Source of the DNA: the human T2T-CHM13v2.0 reference genome, Homo sapiens
DNA: 64,000 bases
Strand: one strand, 5' to 3'
Assembly (NCBI RefSeq): GCF_009914755.1
Contig: NC_060931.1
Shown piece after piece: positions 15,937 through 27,239 of the stretch; position 1 is the first letter of the stretch, and every line of letters begins with the position of its first letter. Position numbers and translations under genes: made by a program. The notes beneath the pieces are model-generated. The model did not search any database and was not told the origin of the DNA. It was given only the letters and a program-made list of their open reading frames with translations.

Positions 15937-17020
15937 TGATGACAGCGGTTGCTACCATCACGCTGGCTGCAGCAGGGAGGTGAGGCTGGGGCTGCACTCT
16001 CCATGGAGCCGGTGGGAGCTCCGCCCCTTCTGAGTTGGGGTGGGAACTCCCTGGGTGCCACTGCAGCTGCCCAAACTGCAGCTGTAGATCCAAGCCTCCC
16101 TGCGCTCTTGAGTGGGGCCAGGAGCAGGCAGGATCTGCCCCCCGGGGTGCAGCTGCAGCCACCATCCACGGCTGCAGACCTGGGCCTCCCACTCCACCAC
16201 ACAGGCGGGAGCTGGGGAAAAGCAGGAGCTCCCTGAGTGCAGGCAGCTGCAGCCACCCTCCCAGGCACAGCACCCAGGCATCTCTGCGGCCTGCACCCTC
16301 GGGCGCATGGGAAGCCCCCCCCGCCCACCATCCCTGCTGGCTCAGGAGTGTCTATTCTGGCTGCCTGGCCTGTCTCCTCTCCCGGCCCCCCACCTCTCAT
16401 CTCAGAGCGGGATTGGGGACAAGTACCAGGGCCTTGAATGGCAGCGGTAGGCAAAGTCCTGGGCAGAAGGGGGTGGGTCCTCAGTAAGGCCCCACCTTCA
16501 GGCCAGGGAGGGCCTGTAGGCTGGGGACGGGCTGCCAGTCCCACAGACTGGAGTGGGTACTCATGGTGCCTCTTCCAGCCAGCCCACGGCCGCCCATGGA
16601 CCAATCAGCAGGCACTTCCTCCCCTCCAAGGGCTTTTCCATGTTCAGCCAGAGCAAGAGAGAGGACAGAGAGAATGGAGAGACCACAAGAGACCAGCTGC
16701 ACAGAGGAGCTACCCTCTCTGCCGAGAGCTTCAGAGACCTGCAGAGATGTTGGGACTTCCAGCTGCAGGAGAGGAACTACCCTCTCCAGGGCCTCCTCTC
16801 TGCTGAGAGCAGCAGAGGTCGGGATGACCTGCCTACAGAGAGGACACTGTGGGTCTCCTCTGAGCTGTTTAACACTTAATAAAGCTTATCTTCATCTTCT
16901 TCACCCTTCCCCGTCTGCCTATCTCATTCTTCCTGGACACAGGACAAGAACTCAGGCAAAGGTGCCACTGGCCACAGAGGTTTCCAGCCAGAAATTGGAC
17001 ACCCCAAAGATCCCATAAGA
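15937..17020 (+). mobile_element. MER52-type ERV1 solo LTR
   Basis: GC-rich 1.08 kb island in AT-rich L1; starts TG; AATAAA at 16879; 4-bp TSD ctat. Confidence 0.8.
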
Positions 17021-17350
17021 CTATTATAAGGCTCTCATAGTATTCATGAAGTGGATATAATATCACTTGAAGGTAGCCTGTGATGTTACAGAGGTATAGT
17101 ATAAACCCTAGAGCAACCACTAAAATCATGAATTATAGGTAATAAGCAAACAAGAGAGATAAAATGAAATAATAAAAATTATTCAATTAATCTAAATGGC
17201 AAAAGGAAGTAAAACAAAGGCAGAACAAACAATAGGTAGGAGAAATAGAAAACAAGTAGCAGTATGACAGATTCAAACCTTGCCATATTAATAATCATAT
17301 TTATGTAAATAGTCTAAGTATCTCAATTATAAGTCAACAAAAGTTGTCAG

Positions 17351-17354
<4 letters not shown>

Positions 17355-17400
<46 letters not shown>

Positions 17401-17686
17401 TTTTTTTGAGACAGAGTCTCGCTCTGTCACCCACACTGGAGTACAGTGGCGCAATCTTGGCTCACTGCAACTTCTGCCTCCCGAGTTCAAGCAATTCTCT
17501 GCCTCAGCCTCCCAAGTAGCTGGGATTACAGGCACCCGCCACCATGCCTGGCTAATTTTTGTATTTTTAGTAGAGACAGGGTTTCACCATGTTGGTCAGG
17601 CTGGTCTCGAACTCCTGACCTCGTGATCCATCCGCCTTGGCCTCCCAAAGCGCTGGGATTACAGGTGTGAGCCACCGCACCTGGCC
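17355..17686 (-). mobile_element. AluS with (TA)14 T25 tail
   Basis: Full reverse dimer. Confidence 0.95.
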
Positions 17687-17882
17687 TTTTTTTTTTTTTA
17701 AAAGACAAAGGCTAGAAAAAAGAGGTACCTTGCTGATGTTAATCAAAGGGAAGTTGGAGTGGCTATATCAGACAAAGTAGGCTACAGATCAAAGAACATT
17801 ACCAAGGATATAGAAAGTCCTCTCATAATAATAAAAGGATTGATTCATCAAGAACACCTAACAGTCCTAAACATTTAATCAC

Positions 17883-18226
17883 TGATATGGCTTGACTGTG
17901 TCCCCGCCCAAATCTCATCTTGAATTCCCATGTGTTGTGAGAGGGACCCAGTGGGAGGTAACTGAATCATGGCGGCAGGTCTTTCCTGTGCTGTTCTCGT
18001 GATAATGAATAATTATCATGAGATCTGATGGTTTTATAAGGGGGAGTTCCTCTGCACAAGCTCTCTCTCTTTGCCTGCTGCCATGTGAGATGTGCCTTTC
18101 ACCTTTCGAAATGATTGTGAGGCCTCCCCAGCACGTGGAACTGTGAGTCCATTAAATCCTTTTTCCTGTATAAATTGCCCAGTCTTGGGTATGTCTTCAT
18201 CAGCAGCATGAAAATGGACTAATACA
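17883..18226 (+). mobile_element. THE1 MaLR solo LTR
   Basis: tgatatgg...ctaataca termini; 5-bp TSD atcac. Confidence 0.9.
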
Positions 18227-18248
18227 ATCACCTAATAAAGAACTTCAT

Positions 18249-18555
18249 GGCCAAGCGCGGTGGCTCATGCCTGTAATCCCAGCATTTTGGGACGCCGAGG
18301 CGGGTTGATCACCTGAGCTCAGGAGTTCAAGACCAGCCTGGCCAACATGGTGAAACCCCGTCTCTACTAAAAATATAAAAATTAGCTGGGCGTGGTGGCG
18401 GGCACCCGTAATCCCAGCTACTCAGGAGGCTGAGGGAGGAGAATCCCTTGAACCCAGGAGTCAGAGGCTGCAGTAGGCCGAGATCATGGCACGGCACTCC
18501 AGCCTGGGTTGACAGAGTGAGACTCCATCTCAAAAAAAAGAAAAAATAAATAAAG
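18249..18555 (+). mobile_element. AluS
   Basis: Full dimer. Confidence 0.95.
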
Positions 18556-18719
18556 TAGGGGAAAGAGTCCTGAACCAAGCAGAAGCCTTCACATAAGTTC
18601 TGATACCTACACTACAAGCTCTGTGGCCCAGGACAAGTCACAACCTCTCTTAAATAGAAAAGATATCCTCCCCCTCCTGTCTCTTAACAGCTATTGTAAA
18701 TGACCAAACGCTGTATCAT

Positions 18720-18895
18720 CTGTCAGTTCATAGGAATCACTGGGGCAGTTTTTAAAACAGCTGACCCAGGCTCCACCCCAGACCAATTAAATCAGATTAC
18801 CTGGAGGTTGAATCAGAACACTGGAATGTTGTCAAACCCCCCACCCCAGCTCCATCCCGTGATTCTAATTTGCGGCCAAGACAGAACCACCACTG
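18720..18895. mobile_element. MER5-type hAT-Charlie fragment
   Basis: ccaccccagaccaattaaatcaga and tgattctaat..aaccaccactg motifs. Confidence 0.6.
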
Positions 18896-20523
18896 TATAT
18901 AACCGACTATACTGTAAGTATCTATATACATTTAAGGTACTGTTATTATGTAGTTGTTCCTATGTCGGTATCTGGTCTTTTCAAAGAGATTGCATCCTTT
19001 CTGATAACACAGGTTGTGTGTTCAGTGCTCTGCAAAAGAAGGATAATGATGCTGCTAATTATGCAGTTGGTAACACTAGCTAAGTGCTTCTGTGTCATTA
19101 CCGTAATCACCACTAGTCTACAAACCGTGATGGTGAGATGCAAAACCGAGATGCAGCACCACACAGCCAATGGATGAGGCATATGAGACTCAGGCCTCAT
19201 ATGCCTCAAGCCCCAGTCTCACGCTCAGACAAGAGTAGCATTCAAACACCTAACAAACACATCTCTCTATTGCAATGCAGCAGCTGGTACGTACTTTTCA
19301 CTCGTATTGCAGTTATTTGTTTATATGCCTTCTCTCCTGTGCTATATTGCAATTTCCTAGATGCAGGACACCAGGCTCTTTCCCCTTTGTCCTCTTAGGG
19401 CCCTGCCCAGCGCCTGGCAGACAGTGGACCATGGACCCTCAATTAATATTTGTTGACCAAATGAATTAGCCACAGTCTGTGGGCCAAGGAAAGATACTGT
19501 GACCTTTCATTCCTCACAAATACCTTTATTCCAACCAGGGAGAAAGAGGCACTGTTTTCCTGCAGCTTTCTTGCCCACTGGTCCACAGCTAGAAAACTTA
19601 AAGAGGGAAACAGCATAAGCACTGTTGCGAGGGCTCAGCCATTTGAATTGCTGGATCTCTGAGGAGTTCATTTAGGATAGTGTAATAACATCTGCTCACG
19701 CTTCATCTGTACATAACATCTCTATTGTGAAATGAGACCAGACGGGATTAGACTGCCCTTGTTTTCACCTGATACTGTGCTTTCATTTCTCCCAAAGGGG
19801 GAGAGGAGGCAGCAATGCTGAAGCATTTAGCAGGCTCAGTTCAGGAATCTAAATTGCACTTAATTGTTAGGAACAAAATGTTGGAAGGGTAGAGAGCAGG
19901 CTGCTGGTTCCACAAGGACTCCCTGAGGGGGACACAGTAATTAGTGCTGGTCTTGATTGTGAGGTCTCTTTTGAGAAAGAAAAATCTCTGCAAAATTGAA
20001 CAGGGAGGTGCTCCACATGAATGCTCCACTCTGCCGAAATGCAAAACCGCAGGGATCTCTCGGATAGGTTCTCCCGGCTAAAGGTCGCCCTGGCAAAATG
20101 GTTACACACGCAAAAGTGCAAAGCTGCATCAGCACAATCCCAGCTATGTTTTCCTTTCAGGAAATATTCAGCTCCACCATAGTAAGAGGATTTAGGTAGG
20201 CATTCAGGCACCTGGGAAACCTTCAGAGGCATTCTGGAGAGGCAGACACTGATCAAAAACACATTCCCAGCCCAACTTTACTCTGATGTTAAACAGCCAG
20301 GAACACTTCCGGGCCTCGGGGATATTTCCCAGCCCACAGGGGGCCGGTATCTGGGGCAAGAGGGACACCCTCCACATCCAACACATATTGTTCCCACACT
20401 TCCAGGCAGCAGCGTTTGACCACTAAACTTTAAAAGGGAACGCAGTACACCTCAAGTTAACCAGCTGAAATTTTGACAGTTTTTCACCCCACAGAACCTT
20501 ACAAAAGCTTCAGAAAAACAAAT

Positions 20524-20657
20524 GCAATAACTTAGGGAAAGGGAGGCTGAACCTAGCGGGGAGCCAACCAGCACCGCTCTGTTTAATTCAGCAATAACTT
20601 AGGGAAAGGGAGGCTGAACCTAGCGGGGAGCCAACCAGCACCGCTCTGTTTAATTCA
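20524..20657. repeat. Perfect 67-bp tandem duplication
   Basis: 20524-20590 identical to 20591-20657. Confidence 0.97.
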
Positions 20658-20979
20658 AACACCGTGAAAGGCCGTCCTGTGGACCACAGAGCACCGCTGG
20701 AACCCATGCGGTCCCCAGGGAACCTGTAAGGATTCCTACATCCCAGCGCATCCCCCACTTCATTGCAGAGCTAAAATGCCCTTTACCTTTGCAAGAAACA
20801 CGCGAGGGATAGCAGGTCTGCGCAATGGCCAGTATCCCAATTCCATTGCAGGGAAATGAACCCAAGAAGCCTTTTCAAGAGGCAGTTGAGTTAGAAAGAG
20901 CTAAGCCTGAACCCTCTTCCACGCTTACCAGAAGACGCCCCCACTAGGCAAAGCTCCACTGGCCCTCTCGCTCCTTGTC

Positions 20980-21910
20980 CTGCGCGTGCACACACAAGGG
21001 TACACACGCACCCACGAGGACTCAGGCACGGACCAGCGTACACATGCCTGCACACACAGACGCGCGCTCACAAGCACACACGCGTGGACGTGCAGACGGG
21101 GTGCACACACACTGACATACGCGCACTGACAAGGGCACACGCATACACATGAGCACAAGCGGGTACACACCAGCACAGCGTCCACGGGCACCAGTGCACA
21201 CCCGGCGCAGCCCACGTGCGTGCAGCCCTGAAGGCGCCCGTGCCTCGCGCCCCTGGCCATGCACACCAGCTCCGGGCCGCACTCACCTGGCGCCGGCGCC
21301 GGCGCGACCGGGTTCCGCGCGCGAACCCTCCCGGTGGCCCAGGGGTCAGGGCGCGCAGCCTCATGGCTGCCCCTGCCGCCCGCGGGGAGCCGGGCTCGGC
21401 CGGGCGAGGGTGGCCGCTGACCCCTCCCCAGCGGCTATCTGGGGGGAGGATGCCTCCCGAGTCCCCTGCGGACACAAGTCCCAGGAAATGGCCAACACGG
21501 GAGGGGCCAAGGGCTCTCCGTGGCCGCCGGCCCAGGTCCCAGCCGCGCGCCGCAGCCTCCACGGCCACTCCTGCCCGTCAGAAGTCAGACGCCGGGAACA
21601 AAAGCCAGGCGCGAGCGCACGGTCCCGCACGGCGTCCCTCCATCTGACACGAATTAGCCCTCCCTCCCCCGCCCGCCCCAACCGCAGCTCCGAGCGAGCG
21701 CGGAGGCACAGGCTGAGCCGCCAAACACTGGGAAAGTGGGTGAGGAAACGCCTTCCAGGCGGGGGGAGCAGGATCTTGCAGCCGCCATCTGATTGGAATT
21801 ACCGACGCGCCGCGCTTGGCGCAGGGTTCAGCTTTACTAGGATTTCAAACCTCTCCGAGAACGCTGGCGAGGTGCTTAAAAGAATCAAAACCGGGCAAGC
21901 TCTGGCTTTC
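20980..21910. promoter_or_regulatory. Intragenic CpG island / alternative promoter (minus-strand directed)
   Basis: Very high GC and CpG density; GC boxes at 21667-21680 and ~21758; CCAATCAG on minus at 21789-21796; YY1-like gccgccatct 21781-21790; perfect splice donor at 21286. Confidence 0.85.
21287..21364 (-). CDS. TNS3: Candidate alternative first coding exon in CpG island: MRLRALTPGPPGGFARGTRSRRRRRQ, in frame with C1 exon
   Basis: gcagccATGA start, 78 nt, perfect donor CAG|gtgagt at 21287/21286, phase 0. Confidence 0.6.
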
Positions 21911-23283
21911 GGAATTTCTAAATCTTGAATATTATCCAGTCAACTCTGCATCTGTAATGAGCAGTAATCTACACTACCCTGATAATCTACACTAGCAAAC
22001 AGGGCATTTGGAGTGGAAAGCAGGTAAACACCGAGGCAGAAAGGCTTTTTTTCTAATTTGCTTCTTCTACTAAAAAACTAGGAGCCTGGCCTTGCAGAGA
22101 GGGACACGCCTAACCAGGTAAGGATTTCAAGCAAATATCAAAGCACAGGACCGCCCGGGGCCTTGCACACCTGGGGGCTGGGCTGCACCTCCCTATCTCC
22201 CAGCCTATCCCTCCCTCACCGCACCCCCCCCACCCCCCGCCATCCTGCTCCTGGCAAATCAGGACAATTCACAGCACATCTGAAGTCCCGTCTTCCTTTA
22301 TGGGTCTGCGATTTTAGAAGGAAATTAGAAACCCGAAGTTCAGGAGGTGAAGATGACAGGGTGATGGGAGAAGATGGACAAGCCAGGATCCTGAAGAAAG
22401 GGTCACTTAGAAACGCCAGGAGGAGAGGCGGGCAAGATCCACAGGCAGATCCCTCCTTTCAATGCCTGTCGGACTTCACCAGCCTTCCCGGGGCAGTGGA
22501 TCTTGGCTGTCTGCAAGAAGCTTTGTGGCAAGTCTAAAACTAAAAGAACATGTTCAAGATGAAGCCACTGCCTGTGGTCTACGGTGGGCAGCGGAAGAGA
22601 CCCCTGCCTCAGAGCAGGATAGGGGGCCTTCTAGTCTCAGGCCAGCTAACCCTGTACTCCTACCACTGGCCTTCACTCCAGGCCCAGCCTAGGAGCAGTG
22701 TCCCAGAGCTCAGCCTTTATGGCTCCAACACTCTAACTTCAGATCTACAGCTCCACTTGCAACTCCACATGCCCTGGATGTGGGGAGCAGTCTGGGTGGG
22801 CTAAGTCGTGGCCTTTATGGCTGACATATGTGCAAATTCCAGCCATCAATTCAACTGGCCGACGTTAACCTCTCAAGTTCTGGCACTAAATATCCATCTT
22901 TCTGTTTCTGCAGTAGAAGAGCAAAGCTGCTCTTCAACTTTTAACTACAAAGGAAAAAACCTCCTCCTAGAACACACCATTCTGGGTTCCAATTCCTCAC
23001 TAAATCATCACCTGGCAGACAAGCAGGCATTCTCATTTCCCCCTGTCCTTCAAATGACACCATTATTCACCTTTTTCTATATTCATTCCTTCATTCATTT
23101 TTCTGTATACATTCATCATTTTTTTCCTATAGCATATCCAAACTTTAGTCTTTTCAAACATTTTTCCCTGAGAACACATCTGTATCGTATTCATTCCAGA
23201 TTGCTTCACATCTGACACAATACCAGGTACATAGCAGTGCCTACAAACAGCTAAGAACAGGATATGCTGCTGTCATGGTTTAC

Positions 23284-23334
23284 CCAGGGCAAACACGCCC
23301 AGAGGTCAGCTGGATCTACCACCGCCCTTACCAT
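23284..23334 (-). CDS. TNS3: Candidate alternative first coding exon: MVRAVVDPADLWACLPW, in frame with C1 exon
   Basis: Strong Kozak gcaccATGG, 51 nt, donor TGG|gtaaac, phase 0; leader resembles a TNS3 isoform N-terminus I recall. Confidence 0.65.
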
Positions 23335-24405
23335 GGTGCCCACAGGAACCGGCCAAAGAAATCTGAATTCAGCAATGAACAGATAGCCCCCAGCAGGATA
23401 AAACTCCTCCAACCTGAGTACCAGGATTCACACTCTCTGGGGTCCACCCAGGAACAACGGCCAGGAGCACAGGCCAGCCCACTGCCTATGCAAGCCAGAG
23501 TGGAAGGCAAATGGTTGAAGGTGGCTTTTTATTGCAGGGATACCCTGAATCTGCTCTTACTTATTTAAAAGAGTAGCCATTCAGAAAACTCCCACACTTC
23601 GTTACTAGTAACAAATATCGTGCGTGTGATAAACCTCCCCAGTGAGGACAACAAACTGATTTTTCACTGGCAAGAAACAGTGCTCAATCCTAAGGCGAAT
23701 CCGCATTCATCAGCAGGCCGCCTCTCCAGCCCCTCTCCCTGCCCCCGACTCTGACCTCCTCCTGCCAGGCTTGCAATCTAGGCTCTTACACTCCAGGGTC
23801 CTTCTGCTCTGCGCCCTTGGGCTCACTTGGGGCTTCTCCCAAGGCAGTTTCCCATTCTCCTTTCTGGCTGAAAACCGCTGTCCTGGGCTCAGTTGAAGAT
23901 CCGCCCCCCATCTGACCTCCCAGACTGGTTAATCATCCTCCATGGCTGAGCCACTCAAGGATGGTTGGGGCCCTGACCCTCTAGTGTGGTCATAAGTCTT
24001 GTACCTCCAATAGGAAGTCCTAACCTTGTCTGGGATTTTCCACACACAGCACCAAGCAGGAGCAATAAACACTGGTGCAGGAATGAAAACATTCTCCTTT
24101 GCTGTATTTCCACCACATCAACACCGGTGTTCACTGCCTGTCTCAGACCACACCCTTCTGAGTCCTCCCAGAAGTAAGCTGTAGCTGAGGGTCTGGGGAT
24201 GCGAAGGGACTCAGAAGCCAGGGCACAGACTCCTCCAGGCACAGACCCTCACCTCAAAACTTGGGTGGCAGACTGGCCTCACTCCATCTTAAAGCCACAG
24301 TGAGCTCTGTGCTGCTGCCCAGCTTCCAATTTTCTTCGTGCTTTGCCACAATCCTCTGTGCTTTTTACTCGCCAGGTTGTCTCACCCTAGCTTCTGACTG
24401 CACTT

Positions 24406-24553
24406 GGTTCCCAGGAACAAAACAAGGTTCTTCCCAGGAACAAAACGAGGTTCTTCCCAGGAACAAAATGAGGTTCTTCCCAGGAACAAAACAAGGTTCT
24501 TCCCAGGAACAAAATGAGGTTCTTCCCAGGAACAAAATGAGGTTCTTCCCAGG
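24406..24553. repeat. 23-bp VNTR, ~6.5 copies (ggttcttcccaggaacaaaayra)
   Basis: Direct reading; period 23. Confidence 0.95.
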
Positions 24554-25499
24554 GAGGATGAATTCCAGACGGCTAAGGCAGACATCAGCAAACCAGCCAT
24601 CAGGAAGAGAGGCTACATCTCAACCTGGGTTGGAAACCCAGCTGGAACTAGGGACATGAGCCCCTCCATGAGTCAGACTTTAACACCAAGTACAAGGTTC
24701 CCTGGGGGAGAGCTGAGGGGCCACTCGTGCCCGTTTTGTCACTGGAAACTGGAGGCTGCTCCTATGAGTCCATTTCCTCACACGATCATGCATTCACCCA
24801 CAGATACGTGAGCAACGTGTGTGCTCGATGTCAGAGGAAATACAGCGGCTGGCTCACCCCGCCCCTCCCAGAGGGACGATCTACACGCAGTGTTAGGAGG
24901 GGGCACGGAGTCCACAGATCATGGGAAGAACTCCATGAATGGCCTGTGACTTGAAGCAGAAGCAGACACTTTCCAGACAGGAAAAGAGGTGAGGAGAGGC
25001 AAGGGTGGTAAAGCGCCGTATTTTTGGTGAACTGGCCAAAGGCTGGGTGGCTAATGCACAGCTGTGTTGGGACACTGAGGGTAGACAGGGCTCAAGAAGC
25101 AAGTACAGGGTGGTGAGCAGGATTGCACAAAGCAGTCACAAGGAAGGAGGCCCCAGTACCGAGCTGGGCTGGACTCCAACGTCACAGGGGGCTCTAACTG
25201 GCAAAAAGGAAAAAGCATCACAGGTGTATGTTCATCCTGGAGGACCCCTGGCAGTCCTGGGAGGACACTCGGGAGAAAGCAGGAGTGGACATGGAAACTC
25301 TAGGTAAGAGAACCTCAGCCTCGGGCAACAGCCCTAGAAACACAGATAAATGTACAGGGGAGAGGACGGCCATAGCAGTGGAGAGGTGACGGGAGATTGG
25401 TCATGCACAGGATGATTGAGCATAAGGATCTGTGAGAAGAAAAATGGGAGGCACCTTCGGGAGGAGCTTGCTAGTCTAGAATGGGGGACATTATAGTAA

Positions 25500-26600
25500 G
25501 CCCTGTGTTGGGAGACAGGAATCAGATATTGGTGTGACTCAGAGTTTCCAATCTAGAGACGTAGATACATCTAGAAATCAAAGTAGATGTGAATGTGTGT
25601 ATACGAACCAGTGCACACACACACATGCACACACACACAGAGATACTCCCAGATCTGTCCTTGGAGGGTGCGGAGGCTCCAATACCAACAGTCACCCCCC
25701 AATGAGCCTGAAATCTCTTCTTTTTGGCCAGAAAGTAAGACAGTGCTCACAGAACAATGGGTTTTTTAACAAAAAGACACAGGGGCCAGCCTGAAGAGGC
25801 TCCCACCAGGCAAACTGTAAACAACTTGGAGATCAAAATAGTGATAATATTGGATTATGACCCATTGAATACAATACAAATCCAAGACTCTTTGAGTCCC
25901 TACTGATAGAAGCAAATGACCGAGGCCGGGCGCAGTGACTCACGCCTGTAATCCCAGCACTTTGTGAGGCTGAGGCGAGCGGATCACAAGGTCAGGAGAT
26001 GGAGACCATCCTGGCTAACACGGTGAAACCCTGTCTCTACTAAAAATACAAAAAAATTAGCTGGGCATGGTGGCAGGCACCTGTAGTCCCAGCTACCCGG
26101 GAGGCTGAGGCAGAAGAATGGCATGATCCTGAGAGACGGAGCTTGCAGTGAGCCGAAATTGTGCCACTGCACTCCAGTGTGGGCAACAGAGCGAGACTCC
26201 ATCTCAAAAAAAAAAAAGCAAATGACCACAGAGACAGTCTCAGAGAGGCAATGGGAGTCCTGGGAGCAGGTTATTAGGAAGCGTAAAGGTCTCAGCTTCC
26301 ATGCGTCGTGGGATGGGAGACTCGGGAGTTATGTGCAGTGGAGAGACAGAATCTAATAGGCTGTCACTGGTTGATCTTTAGAGAGAATACATAGTCTCTA
26401 AATACTTTCCTTTATTTACTATAAAAGGGAAAAGAGTAAGTCAACAACAGAGAAAGCTTCAGTCTCCACCTAATCAAGGGGTCAAGGTGACCATGACCTT
26501 GGATGGGACAAGCCATGGTCAGCGCCACCTGTGATTCAGAGATGAGAATATGCATTACCACTGGGTGTTTCTGCAGAGAGGCATCATCTAAACCAAATCC
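25500..26600 (+). mobile_element. L1MC-like 3' fragments flanking an Alu
   Basis: tagaaatcaaagtagatgtgaatgtgtgtata and tactttcctttatttactataaaagggaaaa motifs. Confidence 0.45.
25924..26217 (+). mobile_element. AluY-like
   Basis: Full dimer; TSD aagcaaatgacc. Confidence 0.95.
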
Positions 26601-26906
26601 TCACCACACCTTGGCCAGACAACCCAAGTGAGGGGTGGAGAGTCCAAATCCTTAGTCCCTCTGACGTGTGCTCACAGAGCCACTGTCCTGGCAGGATCCA
26701 GCCCTGATTCCCGATTCCTAGCCTCAGTGCTCTGAAATTGGGGCCACCAGATACTCTGGGCAGATGACTCCTAGCTCTCCTCTACCCACTACATGCCCGT
26801 CGACACGAAATCTGACATGGCCAGTCCCACTGCTCCATGGCTTGAGGGTGTCCGAGTGTGAGGGAGTTTCTATGTGCCACCTAAAGCACATTTAAAAGCA
26901 CTTTAC

Positions 26907-27239
<333 letters not shown>

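Noticed and set aside
15908-17018. Cluster of 95-223 aa ORFs on both strands
   Set aside because: All lie within the GC-rich MER52-type LTR
21149-21928. 259-aa plus-strand ORF and other overlapping ORFs across the CpG island
   Set aside because: Expected from stop-poor GC-rich DNA; low-complexity Arg/Pro/Ala composition; no recognisable domain
24406-24553. CRISPR-like periodicity
   Set aside because: No unique spacers; eukaryotic minisatellite
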